Source: the human T2T-CHM13v2.0 reference genome, Homo sapiens | DNA length: 64,000 bases | NCBI RefSeq assembly: GCF_009914755.1 | Contig: NC_060929.1 | Strand: one strand, 5' to 3' | Shown: one piece after another, positions 27,173 to 42,690 of the stretch | How the letters are laid out: each line of letters begins with the position of its first letter | How positions within the stretch are numbered: the first letter of the stretch is position 1 | The notes under the pieces: generated by a model | What the model was told of the DNA's origin: nothing | What the model saw: only the letters and a program-made list of their open reading frames with translations | Databases searched by the model: none | Translations under genes and position numbers: made by a program

Positions 27173-29399
27173 TCTACTCTTACAGAAAAATATTATAGAA
27201 TTGCATACACCTAAGAGCAATCTGGTTCCTTTCTTGATTAAACTTAATTTATTATTAAATACTAGTAGGGTGACCTTAAGTGAGCTATTTAGACTATAAT
27301 GCTTATGTGCCTATAAAAATGTAAACAACACACATGGAAGCTTTCTGGGGTGCAGTTTCTCATGGATGATTGTGTGTGATAAAACCAGTTATCTGAAGTT
27401 TCTCAGACATGTGTTCAGAGTCTTAACTAGCACTATTCAGAATGAACTACGGCCCATGGCCACCCATGCGATAGGTTACTAATATTCATTTTCATTTCAA
27501 GTCATTTCTCTTGGTTTCACATATAAGGACTACAGTGTACTGTGGTTAGCAGGGTAGAGGAAGCAGATAACTGATATGCCAAACTGATGTGCTGGAAGTA
27601 GTAAGAACACAACCCCTACCACAACTATGGGAGCCCAACCTTGGATGCCTATCAGACAATTATTACATCTTGATTAATGTAATAATCAAGCCAGGAGAGG
27701 TCAAAGCATGCCAGTACTTCCATACTTGGTTATAAAGATGACAAAAAAATAATAGAATTATTCTGGTGGATGGCGACATACATCCACAATGTGGGACTGA
27801 CCACCTGAAAACAGTTGGTGTAGTTATATGGGCCACTGGATTTGGAAAATCCAGAAACAAAAATTTCTTATTCTTCCTCCTCCTGTTACTCCTTATCTCA
27901 GTGTAACCTTCAAATTTCTCCCTTCCTGAGAACAAAAATAGGTTCAATTCTCTCCGATTCAGCAATCAGACTCCAATGATATTACATCTCATTCAATGCC
28001 AAAATGGACTGGATTGGAAACAGCAACAGTACTACTGTCCCTGTACCTCAAGATCTTTACTTCAGCTGGTAGGTACAAGATGGGCAAAAGAAAACAAATA
28101 CAATGATAGCATAATGACATTTCCCAAATCTCAAAATATTCTCAACTGCAATTTAGGTTTAAAATTCAGTTCTTGAATTAGTCATTTAAGTATTTGTCCC
28201 AAATCAAAAATTAGGATGGCATTCTATACTTTACCAATTTTAATTTCTCTTATTTAAATGATTATGAAATAAAGAATCTATTTTGAAAACTAATGTAATA
28301 AATATAACAGATGCAGGAGGATAGCCACCAAGTGGCTGATGCACATACTAGTGAGGGAAAATGCAACATATTTGAGACATACATTTCAGGACATTCTCTA
28401 ACTTCACCGATTTCTGTTTGGAGGATGCGCAATTGCCTCTGGGCACATATTACACAGTGAAATAGAAAGAGACAGTACCTGCCAAAAGAATTTATAATCT
28501 TCAGGAAGAAGATAAACATCCCACACTCACATACTTGTTAGTATGCATAAGCACATAACCTAATTGTATGAAAAGGATTTAATATTCTGGGTGCCAATGC
28601 TCCATCCAGTTAAGCATCAGTGAGCACGAATAAGGGAGCTCAGTTATTCAAGAAACTTTTTTGGTAACTTTCTACTAAAACCTAATGTTTATAAATTATC
28701 AGGAGGAAATGCACTATATGCCAGGGAGTTCAGTAAATATTCTACTTCATCTTGACACCAGGCATCAGAGTACACCCAAGGACAAGTAATAATCCTTGGA
28801 AAATGTGCAGATAGCTGGATCATGTTGCTTAAAAATGGAATATCCTTTCTCACAACGAAATGCCTCAAGGAAATTTTGTGCATATCTCAGGTCCAAACAC
28901 TTTGTGCTTCAGAATCCCTTAAGCATGTGCTTCTCTCCCCTTGGTTTGGTGAGAATGCATGGTGCAGAATTCTGATATAGTCTTTGTGAATCCAGTATAT
29001 GATATCATTAAAATAGCTCAGATAAGTCAGTAAATTAGGAGGAAAAGGTAATTCTAATAATTTACTGAAGGCACAGAGATGTCATAACCCATGGAGATGC
29101 CAGGGCATATATCTCAGTGCACAGCTCCAGAGGTCACTATTTACTTGGAATTGGGAGTTCCATTCCCTCAGGACACAAGAGGAATGAGGCTTGGGAAATT
29201 GAAGAGTAGAAGGCCCAAGCTCCTACTCAAGCTCCACTTTTACCTGTTTTATATTTGGCTTATAGGTAAGATTTAAGGAAAGCCTGAAAACATTGACTTA
29301 GGTTACTTTGTGAGAAATCAAAATGGCTTAGAAAGCTGTTTGTCTTCTACTTGTGTTTTTCCTACTCATTCAAGAAAAGTAAAGAAAGGAAAAAGGCAA

Positions 29400-29650
29400 A
29401 ACATATATTGGGCACATATATATGCCACATACCCTAGCAAAGACCAAGTGCTTTAACATGCATAATTACAACTAACAGCAAAACAATCCTATGCTTTATT
29501 ATCCAAATTTGCAGAATCTCAGTGAAAACTGAGATCCAGAGAGGTAAGGGAGCTACCTTGAGCACAAGCAAGGTAGTAAGCAGAAGAGTGGAAAGATAAA
29601 TCCAGGACTCTAAGATTTATGATCTTGCATCTATAACATCTTGCTTTCCA
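29400..29650 (-). mobile_element. MIR SINE
   Basis: TGAAAACTGAGATCCAGAGAGGTAAG.. core plus TATTGGGCACATATATATGCCA tail. Confidence 0.6.
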
Positions 29651-32585
29651 AGATGACAGGACTCATGGTGGCAGGGAGCGCTCTCTGTGCACTGCACAAT
29701 GGCAACCTGTGGAAATTAAAATGCTGTCTTTTAGGGTCAATTTATATACCATATTATTCCAGGTTCTAGTATAGATAAATAGCAGCAGAAGCCAAATATT
29801 TAAGACAATTTCAATTTCTATCCATTAAATAATTTTCCATAGAAATTAGGGAAACCACAATTGTCTTATTTTAGCATGAAAACCCGCTTATTAGGGAGAA
29901 TAAGTGGAAACAGAATCCCAGGGAACCTGCAACCGCTCTAATACAGTCCCTTCCCTATAGCAGCACTGAGATAAGGTCTTCCTTTCTGCCTTCCACCAGC
30001 CCTGCCTGGCCTTCCCTCCTCTTAACAATGCTTCAATTCTATAATTTTGCTTCAGCGTTAAAGGGGCAAGTGAAAGCTCAGAGAGCTCAAGGATCTGTGT
30101 TTTTCTTCCATTTTAAATGAGAGCTCCATAGCAGAATACTAGAGTTTCATGCCCAGTGGAGGATGCAATACTGTGTAATCACTGTTTTCTTAGGCTGTGT
30201 TTGACATTGTTCTGTTTCTGCCCTATTTGAATTTTCTACACCCCCTTTAGCCTGAAATCATCATTATATCCCCAAGTGGCACCAAAAGTAGAGCAACATA
30301 AAACTACTACTTGATCTACATTTAAGGAGTATCTTTTGAAGATAAAAATTCTTCAGCTTCATAAAATTTTAAGGCTTTTATTTTCTTATTGCCATTTGTC
30401 ATCCCCCTTTCTCAATGCTATTCATTGGGCCAAGCCCTCTACTACATAGAAATAACAAGTGAAAAACATGGGGACAAAAGGAGACAAGAAGAGGACAGAA
30501 GGGTAGTGTTTAGGGTTGTAAGAGTGACACCTTTGTGCACAGAACCTAAAGTGGAGCGTGTTGGGGAACAAGGGGCTGTGAGAGAGAGAATGTCTGGCAG
30601 CATCTGAGAATTTGGGATGCAGGGACTATCAATGTGAATAAATGCATCCAGCATACATATATAAATAAGGCAGGAACCATTGAGGGTGAAGTAAATTCAA
30701 ATTTTTGAAACACCTACCTGCACCAAGTCCCAGATATACTTATCAAATCAGTGTAAACAACTCAGTAAACATTTATAAAACTAAGAAACATTTTCTCTCA
30801 CACCCAAGAATCTCAATATCCTGAGTATCTAGTGGGTCCACTGTCTGACTCATTTGCTTTTTCTCCTTCCCACTAGCAGACAGAGAGCAGGTTAAACAGC
30901 TCGTTTAAATGAGGTTTGAAATTGCACGTGAACTTTGATTATCATAGTCACTCCTTTCTCCCATTTTCCTAAACAATCGAGCTGACTGCACAGAGCCATT
31001 TTAAAAATAAATTGGCATTCTTAACTACACAGCTGGCATAGATTGTTACTCACCCTTGGTTACTCTGACTTGCAAAACTGATCTATGTGAAGATGTAAAA
31101 ATCTCCATATGTTACTGTGACATTCTTAAATGGTCACAGACTTGGGCTATGAAAGCACATCTAGCAATAAAGGGTCATCCTCAGCTAAAATGTTAATTCT
31201 TTTAGCAGCTGAAAAGTCTGCCCTCTTGGACATACCTCAGAGCTGAAACCTTATTACATAAGGCACAATCTCATTGGGCATGCAGAGTAAATAACCTCGT
31301 TAAGAATGTAGTGTGAAGAACTGCAGTTCAAATGGGGTCAAAGGGGGTGAACAAAGTAAGAGGAAGAGGCAGTCAAGTGTAAGACCGCTATGGGGTGTAA
31401 TTTATGGTCTTTAATAATTTGGGCATGTCAAGTGTTAAGAGAACTGTTTGCTTGGCACCAGACAGGGGCTAATGAAAGCACCCAATGAGGAAACCTGACT
31501 CAGGATGCTGAAAACCTGCCCCAATGAGCTAAGGGAATGATGGTACAGGGCTCTGCAGGGTCAGCTGGCCTGCTGACCAAAGCTGTCAGAGAAGCCAGGC
31601 TTGAGGCAACTAAGAAAGAGCTTAATTATCCAGACTTTTTCATTAGAATTGGGACTAAACAGCAGGAGAAGTGTGCTGGACCACCAATTAGGTTACTTAG
31701 AAGGTTACTCAGTTTAAGATGAGAAGTAGAGGTGAGGCAGAGCCTGGAGGAGGCAAACATCAAAAGCCCTTTTGGCCATCAGGGGGTTCCCCTTCCTACT
31801 GTGGACCAGGCCATTCCCATGACCTAACACTTCAGTAGGTCTTCATTTCTGGCACCATTGAAATTCTGGCCTTCTCTCTCAGAGAAGAATGTCATAACCC
31901 ATGATACCCACTGAACTTTAGTCAGTGCAATTTTAAGATATTTTACTGCACATTGAGTTTTACTGCCAAATGCTATTATTATTACAATTCTCTTTTTAAG
32001 AAAACCACACTATAACAAAAGCATGTTTTTCTAACAGCTGCCCTCATCAGAGTTCACAGAATGAACTTCAGTGGCAGGATCACTCAAGAAGACATTTGAA
32101 GCAGAAAATATTCATTCTGGCTCCCACTTCATTTATGTTCCCAGAGAAACCCTTCTCCACACTCTGAATACATCCTGAATCTCTAACAATAAAAGCCTGA
32201 ATCATTAAGCATGCTAGCACTAGACTATGTCCTAAGTCACTCAATCACTATGGAAAATTTGGTATATGACAGAATTTAAGAGAATTTTAGCCACTCGACT
32301 ATTAAGATCTTTTTTTTTAACTGTAGTGTTAACTACAGACACTAGTTGGCTAAATACTCTAAACCTGAAATATAGAAAATATATTTAAAATACAGACACT
32401 ACCTGAAGTACACAAACTCCATACCTGAAATACCTAAAGAATCCTAGCCAAGAATAATCCCAGAACCTTACGTCCTCACTTTCGTGTCTTTGTTTGGAAG
32501 ATATATTCATATTTACCTACAAAACTTTCCAAGATTTTTGGATCTCCTGCTTCTGGCCATGAAGAAGTTGGCAGAAAAAAATAAA

Positions 32586-33929
<1,344 letters not shown>

Positions 33930-34790
33930 TTACAAGAAAAAAACAACCCCATCAAATAGTGGGCGAAGGATATGAACAGACACTTCTCAAAAGAAGACAT
34001 TTATGCAACCAAAAGACACATGAAAAAATGCTCATCATCCCTGGCCATCAGAGAAATGCAAATCAAAACCACAATGAGATACCATCTCACACCAGTTAGA
34101 ATGGCAATCATTAAAAAGTCAGGAAACAACAGGTGCTGGAGAGGATGTGGAGAAATGGGAACACTTTTACACTGTTGGTGAGACTGTAAACTAGTTCAAT
34201 CATTGTGGAAGTCAGTGTGGTGATTCCTCAGGGATCTAGAACTAGAAATGCCATTTGACCCAGCAATCCCATTACTGGGTATATACCCAAAGGATTATAA
34301 ATCATGCTGCTATAAAGACACATGCACATGTATGTTTACTGCGGCACTATTCACAATAGCAAAGACTTGGAACCAAGCCAAATGTCCAACAATGATAGAC
34401 TGGGTTAAGAAAATGTGGCACATATACACCATGGAATACTATGCAGCCATAAAAAATGATGAGTTCATGTCCTTTGTAGGGACATGGATGAAGCTGGAAA
34501 CCATCATTCTCAGCAAACTATCGCAAGGACAAAAAAAACAAACATCGCATGTTCTCACTCATAGGTGGGAATTGAACAATGAGAACACATGGACACAGGA
34601 AGGGGAACAGCACACATCGGGACCTGTTTTAGGGTGGGGGAGTGGGGAGGGATAGCATTAGGAGATACACCTAATGTTAAATGACGAGTTGATGGGTGCA
34701 GCACACCAACATGGCACATGTAAACATATATAACTAACCTGCACGTTGTGCACATGTACCCTAAAATTTAAAGTATAATAAAAAAAAAGA
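33930..34790 (+). mobile_element. L1PA4-like element, sense 3' segment with poly(A)
   Basis: ORF2 C-terminus ([15 protein letters not shown]); 3'UTR GGGATAGCATTAGGAGAT..CCTAATGTTAAATGACGAG..CACACCAACATGGC; poly(A). Confidence 0.95.
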
Positions 34791-35722
34791 AAATTAATTA
34801 CCTATTTGACATTAAATATATTTTAATAGCTTTGAGAATTTTTACTGTAAGCGTTTTAATTTTAATTGACAAATATTTATTTTTGCAACAGTACTTAATA
34901 AGTAAAAATATGTATTTTAATATATATATTTAATATATATTTAATATATATATTAGCATTCAAATAAATGTTTTTCTTTCCATTTTTACACTTCTGTGTT
35001 AGTATTTCATACTTCAAACCCAAGGAAGGTCATAAGTCTTGCTGTTATGGTAATATATTCTGTGTTAAAACATTCTCTATTTTAAAACAGGTATGTATGT
35101 ATGTATGTATATATTTATATGCATATACACATATATTCCTTTCTTTGTTATGAGATGGTTTTTCTTTCAGCTTAAATACATTTTTATTTCAGTGTTGGTT
35201 TGAGGGGAAAAGCTAAATCTACACTGTTTCAGTACAACTTAATGGTAGAATAGAATATGGATAAGAAAGAACTTCAATAATTTTATCCTTTCATTACAAT
35301 TTATTGTCTTGGTATTTGTTGGGGTTCGGAATGGGGAGGGGTGGTGGTCTGTCCTCTGCATCATGGCAGCTTTCCTTCCAAACAGAAAATGAGCAGGCAT
35401 GAAATGCAGCCTGACCCAGGATAATAGCTCAGGATAATACATGCTACTTGGTGGATTAATAATTTATAAGATTTTTTCCATCTTTGCTTGGAATACAAAT
35501 GAACATATTCTTGTCTCACTTAAAGTGATTTCTCACTCGGGGCTAAAGAGATGTTTAACACCTTAAATTCTATGGTCTTTGCTTTTCTGATTATATTACC
35601 CAGGAAATAAGCTAAACAACTGGAGTGCTTGGCAAGAGAGTCACATTCCACATCCCAACAACATATAAATAATCTCCATTTACATAAAAGTCCCAAAAGG
35701 TTAGAAGGTACAGCTTCACCAT

Positions 35723-35725
<3 letters not shown>

Positions 35726-35769
<44 letters not shown>
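35726..35769 (+). repeat. (CA)n microsatellite, ~22 units, pure
   Basis: Direct reading. Confidence 0.97.
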
Positions 35770-35771
<2 letters not shown>

Positions 35772-37201
35772 CATGTCAATATGACATTTTTCAGCAAAGA
35801 TTTCCATTCCACATTAAATGTGTGTATTTGTGTGTGTGCACATGTACTTTGCATAACAGCAATTTCATGTTTCCAAATGCTATATTCATGTTTTCTGCCA
35901 GCCAGCAGGATAGTCCCCTGATGAAATTCTGGTGTGGCAGGAGGGGAGGTGGTGCCTGCCCACAAGAGCACAACGAAAGTCTAGAGCCTGTATTTTGTGC
36001 TGTAAGTTGACCTAGAGAGAAAACATTTTGTTGTGGACAGATACCTTTGAATACATCATTAGAGATAATTATATTCCCCCTTTAGGCAAGTGTTGAGGTT
36101 AATCTACAAATATGGACTGCCTCTTGATTTCTATTAATTTGGTTTGCTCTTTGATGATGTTGATTAACAACATTCATTTTAATGAGGGAATATCCCTCCT
36201 GCAGGCCCCTTCCTTTCTTACTTTGCCTGGTATTGGTGCAGTCACTGTTACAGAATGCAGTGACATCATAACTTCTGTGATTAGGAATAATTCCATATGT
36301 AAGTAGAGTCAAAGATAACTAAAATCACTGTAATACTTAAGAGATTTTTGTGTTCAAATATTTTTGTTAAAAATAAACATACTACTTTTTAATGAAATAA
36401 AATAAAAATATTGTTTGTGTTACCTGAAAAGAAAGAAGGCTTTTTAAAGGCATTAATAAAAACATATGGGCAGAGAGCAGAAAGAAAAGATGTTTAAGAC
36501 CAAATAAAAATTGAATTCCTATAATCATGTAGCAAGAATGAAACTTAAGCCCCAGGCTCTCAGAGATCCGAGAAAAAGGCTGAGGGTTTCAAAGTGTAAT
36601 CCCAGTTGAGAAGATATTCAGCTAACCTTGTAACTACCTAGGGTAATGAATGCCACCTCAAACACCCATCAAAAGGCAACTATCAGGAGCCAACAGTTTT
36701 TTCTTACAACTGGTCTTACACACACAGACACATGCTCTCACACTCACATAGTGTCCCAAATGTATTTGTAGCTGTGCTCTTTGAATCATTCACCATTTTC
36801 CCTAGTCCTTGCATCTAAAGGACATACAAGACAAACATTCTAACTCTGTGATTTCCAATATTACAGTCAAATTCTGAGAAAATTTCACCTAAAATAAACA
36901 GCAGTATGTTATACCTAGCTATTCTTTTTGCAAAAATTAGATTTTTTGAGCAATAATGTTGGAGAGAGCTATAGAAGCTTATTTGGAGCTTACTGTGGTC
37001 TTGCATTTTAATTTGAAAAGGAGAATAACACAACAGAATCAGTTGAAAACCTATTAAAATTAATTTTTTTAAAGTTCAGTAAAAATCTCTAGTACAAGAT
37101 ACATTTTAAAAAATCATCCTCCCTAAACTGCCAAAAACTAGTCAGAAAATATATTGGAATAATAACTCATATTTACAACAGCAGTAAAAAACATGATACC
37201 T

Positions 37202-37513
37202 GGCCAGTCGCAGTGGCTCACTCCTGTAATCCCAGCACTTTGGAAGGCCGAGGCAGGTGGATCATGAGGTCAGGAGATCAAGACCATCCTGGCCAACATG
37301 GTGAAACTCCGTCTCTACTAAAAATACAAAAAAATTAGCCGGGCGTGATGGCGCACGCCTGTAGGCCCAGCTACGCAAGAGGCTGAGGCAGAAGAATTGC
37401 TTTAACTAGGGAGACAGAGGCTGCAGTGAGCCGAGATCATGCCACTGCACTCCACCCTGGGCAACAGAGTGAGACTCCATCTCAAAAAAACAAAAACAAA
37501 CAAACAAACAAAA
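37202..37513 (+). mobile_element. AluSc-type, full length, with TSD
   Basis: GAGATCAAGACCATCCTGGCCAACATGG; TSD ATGATACCT on both sides; (CAAA)n tail. Confidence 0.93.
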
Positions 37514-37919
37514 ATGATACCTAGAAATAGTTGAAAGATCAAATGTGTATAATTTACATGATGAAAAACAGAGTTTTCAAAAAATATAAAAAGGGAAGAC
37601 AAAAAATAAGAAGAAATTCTATTTTCTTGGGGAAAAAAAGGCTTAGTCTTATAAAGACGTCAATTCTTTCCAAATCAATTTATAAATTTTGAGTGATTTA
37701 GATCAAAATTTAAATGAGGGATTTACTTTTATTGGAACTTGGCAAAAATGTTTAAATTATCTGGAAGAATAAATAGGCAAATATAAATAAAAAGAAAGTT
37801 GATAAAGAATAAAAACGAAGAAACTAGTTCAATCAGATCCAGAAACATATTATAAGGGTACAATAATTAAATCTGCAAACAATATTGAGAATCAATAGCA
37901 TAGAAACAAACCCGAATGT

Positions 37920-38340
37920 GTAGAGTTGCCTAACAGAAATGTAATATGAGCCATATATAATTTAAAATTTTGTAATAATAACATTTTTAAAGTAAAAGTG
38001 AAATAGCATGTTTATGTTATTTACATATCATATAAATATATCATATATTCATATCATATATCATATATATAAAATATATATTTACATATCAATATAATAT
38101 ATATCAATATAGTATATTATGTATCATTATATAACATATATCATGTTGATATATTGACAAATTATCATGTCAACATGTTATAAATACCAAAAATTATTGA
38201 GATGAGTTACATTTTGTTGTTGTTCTAAGTATTTGAAATCTACCATATGTATTTTAAACTCACAGCACACCTCAGTTTGGTCTAGCCATATTTCACATGC
38301 TCAACAACCAAGTACTGCTAGCAACTACTCTACAGTGCAA
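37920..38340. mobile_element. MER33-like hAT-Charlie element with internal AT-rich expansion
   Basis: AGAAATGTAATATGAGCCATATATAATTTAAAATTTT..CTCACAGCACACCTCAGTTTGGTCTAGCCATATTTCACATGCTCAA. Confidence 0.75.
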
Positions 38341-39339
38341 GTATAAAGAAAATTAATACATGATAAAAGAAGTACAATAAGTTCAGTAAGTTATATTAAA
38401 GCAATTTTCTCCTTTGATTGAAAAGAGAAAAAATAAAAGTTTAGCTATTACACATATCTCAAACAATAAACAGTATAAGCTCAAAGGAGATAAGAGTTAA
38501 ATGCTTTAAAAAGTCAAACTTTAAGACTCAAAAACAATATAAGTCGTTCTTTGCCAAATCTCTACAGAGGGAAAAAAAACTCCAGCATTAAAAGCAACAT
38601 AATTCTCAAAACGTGTAGTCAACAGATTTGATGATGTAAAATTTCAAAACTTTTTCATATCTAAAGTCAAAAGACAACTGATAAGATCAAATGTTTGCTA
38701 AAAATATGACAAACAGGATTTTAATCTTTTTGAATAGCTCATGTAAAACCCACCTCACTAGTAATCCCAGAAATGTATATTTAAACAAGGCTATTTAATG
38801 TTCCTTTCTTCCTCAGCCATCGCTAATGCCAGTGTGTCTTCTTGATCTGTTTTCATTTTTCTCCTCTTTGATAGAACCATTGTGGGTGTGGCGATGCTTA
38901 GCAGGTACTCTGACATCATATCTTCTGCCATGTGGAAGAATTCTGTGTATAAACGGACTCAAAAATAACTACAATTATTGTAATACCTGAATTATTTAGT
39001 GCTCAAAGAATTTCAAGAGAGACAAAGAAAGAGGCAGAAAGAACCATGGCATACCTGAGTTGAAAGGACCTGGGACATCTAAAAAACAATGAAGGAATGA
39101 AAATAAACCTGCTACACAAAGTCAAGGTACTTCTGTTTTCTAAATCCTCACAACTACAGATATCAAAGGTGACCTCAAATGTTCAGCTGCTGCAATGGTA
39201 TATAACAACAAATAATACAAAGAATAATGATCAAAGAAATAATTTTTAACACCAATGTTTGCAACAGTGAAAGAAAAGCATGAGTAAGACATAGGACCCA
39301 GCCCACTCAAATCATAATGAATGTTGCAACTGTTCACAC

Positions 39340-39490
39340 AGTATCTACTACGTGCCTGGTGCTACCTAATCTAATTCCCACAATAACTCTATGATGTAGG
39401 TATTGCAAATACTCTCATTTTACAAACAGGGCATCTGAGGTACAGAGTGTTAAGTAACATTTTTAGGAACACGTTGTTAATAAACTATGG
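39340..39490 (-). mobile_element. MIR SINE fragment
   Basis: AATTCCCACAATAACTCTATGATGTAGGTATT..CATTTTACAAAC..CTGAGGTACAGAGTGTTAAGTAAC. Confidence 0.75.
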
Positions 39491-39748
39491 ATTAATTACT
39501 ATCCTGCCCATAGGAGACTTAACCACATTCTAAAAAGCAGACTAAACTTTAGCGAATTAAATATTTAATGAAAGCTTATTATGTAAGCATATTAGTTTTA
39601 AAGAGGCCCAATTTATGACACAATTGAGCTTTATTTTATATGCTAAAGTAATATTTGTGATACTGTGGAATTCTTTACATATGCCAAGCTAAGAAGTGCA
39701 TTAAAATGATTTTATAAGATTTAGAACAGGCTGTACTATGTAAGTTTT

Positions 39749-40914
39749 TGTAGCGGTTTATAGTTGTTCTGCCTTTTCCTCGAGGATTGTGATGGCTTAT
39801 ATAAGTGGCCAAGTCTTTGATCACTAGTATCACTGGAATAATTAATAGATTTTCATTTCCCCCTTTGCTCCAGGGAAAGGGGAACAGGAAAGATGACCTT
39901 ATTAGGGAAGAGAATGTGATATGGAGAATATCCCATCAAACAAGGAGAGGGGGAGGTGAAAAGGCTATTTCCTTCCAGCCCCTTTGGATTTGGAAAATAG
40001 GGGGAAGGAAGCAAAGAAAGGAGGCAGTGAGGCCAGGCCTTCCTGACCGCATTCTCCAGACTCAAATCAGAGAGAATATTTTTGTTAATTAGGTTTAAGA
40101 GAAAACACAAAGGAGAGAGGAGCTGTGGCCACATTCCCGTTTGTGACTAAGAGAGCAGACTGCTTTGTAAAACACATGAGCCCACACTGCAACCTGCTGC
40201 TCTAGATGGAGAGTGACAGCTTTGTGTGAGTGAGGAACCCCAGCCACCCTGGGCTCCTGTGTGGCATCAAAGAGCTTGGATAGTCTCACAAACTGTGGGG
40301 TTGGAGAGTGGGGGTCAAGGATAGTCTATCTCTGGAGCCTACCTGAGGTTTTGTCTTGATGGAGTAATATGACCCTGTGACTCTGGGCTAGAAAGTAAGT
40401 TACTCAGCCTGGAGACTGAAAGGAGCCACAATCAGACCTCAGGCAGAGGGCAAGAGCCAGCAACGATGAAGCTGGAGGTGGGTGAGGCTGATAGAATCCA
40501 TCAGGAATTCACCAGCCATAGAGTGAGGATCAAATGGCACACCTGGAAAACAGGGACAATCTCAGAAACCAGAGGCCCAGAGGAAAGGAGAAAGCCCTAG
40601 AAGCATGGGTCTCAGGCCACCCTTATCTCTGTCACTTCTAAAGCTTCCACATTCTACCCCAAATGCCCTACACCGACTCCATCTTGGAGACAAGTCTGGA
40701 AGGGGAAGAATATCTGAAAGTTGTTAGCACTTACCTCAAAGAGACTGAGTTACCACTGTTTTAAATTCTTGAAAAGGACTATAATTTTTATGTTGGATTA
40801 AATTTTACTTGCCTTCATGTATTCAGCAGGGAAGAGCTCAGGAGAAAGAAGAAATGTACAGAAAAAAAAATAAGCTATATTTGGTATGTGTGTGATTTGA
40901 ATGTTCTTGTTACT
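39749..40914 (+). mobile_element. Ancient long LTR (LTR78-like)
   Basis: Starts TGTAGCGG; purine-rich body; GAGACTGAGTTACC and AATAAGCTATATTT near a ..GTTAC end; family recalled from memory. Confidence 0.45.
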
Positions 40915-41149
40915 TCAATTCAGTATTTCCTGTGGCAAAATGGGATCTGCCTTACAAAGGGACCCACTTTATAAAGGCATTTTCTCAGATTGTCATGTTG
41001 TGGCAGAGAAAAGGAGAGAAAGAGAGCGAAAGACAAAGATAGAGAAATAGACACACACAGAAAGAGAGAGAGAATGAGAGAGACCCTGCTTTGGCATTAA
41101 AGTTTCTTTGTAGAGAAATCTGCCATGACTTAAAGTATTGCCTCTTTCT

Positions 41150-41345
41150 TAATATGTGCCAAGCACTGTTTTAAATACTTTCAAGAATGAACTCATTAAA
41201 TTCTCATAATTACCCCACGAGGGAGAATTTATACCCTCCATTTTACAGATTCAAAAACTGATGTCTGGAAAGATTAAGCTACTCATTGTACAGCTGGTAT
41301 GTAGCAAAGCTCCATGGTTTATACTCTTATCATCTACTCTATGTG
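41150..41345 (-). mobile_element. MIR SINE
   Basis: TGTGCCAAGCACTGTTTTAAATACTTT..AACTCATTAAATTCTCATAAT..CCATTTTACAGAT..AAACTGA. Confidence 0.8.
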
Positions 41346-41771
41346 CCTTCTTTAGTAAAATAAGTCATTTCTAGGCTAAATCTGTCCACTTCTCTACTTT
41401 ACCTCTGTTAGCTAGGGGTTGCTCATCAAAGATGAGCCTTCACCTTTCAGTGGGCCCACTCCTCTGACAGACCTCTCCCTTGAGCTCCAGGACCTCATTG
41501 AGGGATGTTTCCACTTGAATGTGTCATCAACACATCCAACTTGGCAGGCTGCAAGACCAACACAGCCTCTTCCTCCCAGAATCACTCTTATTTTTGTGTT
41601 CTCCATTTCTAATTGGCACCAGCATCTTCTCAAGCCATACCCAGAATTAATCTTAGAACCATCCTTGGTTTCTCATCCTCTACATCTAATCTGTCATCAG
41701 GTCCTATACAATCAACCTCTCTCTAACCTCTCACATTCTGACTCATCTCTCCTTTCATCTCAACTTAAGGG

Positions 41772-42690
41772 TTAAGAATATGGGCTCTAGAACTGGAACT
41801 AGTTAAAATCCTGACTCCACTGCTTCCTAGATACATGACCTCGAGTGATTCATTTAACCTGCCATTGTCTTAGCTTCCCCATCTGTAAAATAAGAATAAA
41901 TAACAGTACGGTAGTTCCCCCTTAGCCACAGCGGATATGTTCCAAGACCCCCAGCGGATGCCTGAAACTGCAGATTGTACTGAAGCCCACTGCCATCAAT
42001 CCGAACACATTTCTGTTCATGTCTTCCATCCACAAATTTAATGCTTTTTCTGTGTTTACTCAGCACTTATCACACACTATGGCTGTAACTTTTTCAGTTT
42101 GAACTCTGATAAGAAAACTGGCATGCATTTTCTTTCCTTCTTTACCATTTCACAGATAGAAGATTTGTTCTTATAGATATTAGCCAACTCAGCATACAAT
42201 ATTTTTTCTTTCTTTAAGTTGAGAACTTTCATCTTTTCACTTAAAGGAGGTACTTTATGGATTCTCTGTGGCATATCTGAATTTCCGGCATCACTATTCT
42301 TGTACCTTGGGATTATTAAGTAAATCAAGGTTGCTTGAACACAAGCCTTGTGATACCACAATAGTCGATCTTATAACCAGGACAGCTAATGGGCAGGGAA
42401 CATAGATGGTGAATATTTGCTGATAAAGGGACGATTCATGTCTCAGGTGGGACAGAACGGGATGACACAAGATTTCATCACCCTATTCAGAATGGCATGC
42501 CATTGAAGATATATGAATGTTTAACTTACGAATTTTCCATTTAATTTTTTTTAGGCCATGATTGACACAGTAAAGTAAAACCGCAGACAAGGGGACTACT
42601 GTACCTATTGCTCAGGGTTGATGTAAGAATTAAATTTATGCCTGAAAGCACTTGGAACAGTGCCTTTTACATAATAAATGTATGTTTTTA
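41772..42690 (+). mobile_element. MIR split by the MER44 insertion (41772-41908 and 42602-42690)
   Basis: ..CATCTGTAAAATAAGAATAAATAACAGTA|CCTATTGCTCAGGGTTGATGTAAGAATTAAA.. rejoins as the MIR core. Confidence 0.8.
41909..42601. mobile_element. MER44 (C/D-like), Tigger7-derived TcMar element with TA TSD
   Basis: TIRs CGGTAGTTCCCCCTTAGCCACAG and CCGCAGACAAGGGGACTACTG, flanked by TA at 41907-41908 and 42602-42603. Confidence 0.85.

Larger units (their letters stand above)
37085..38790 (+). mobile_element. Degraded L1ME ORF2 region, interrupted by an Alu and MER33
   Basis: ATAAAGACGTCAATTCTTTCCAAATCAATTTATAAATTT, CATATTATAAGGGTACAATAATTAAA, CACCTCACTAGTAATCCCAGAAATG. Confidence 0.65.

Noticed and set aside
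34915-34955. AT-rich self-complementary stretch
   Set aside because: Simple (TA)n-derived low-complexity tandem; palindromy is trivial
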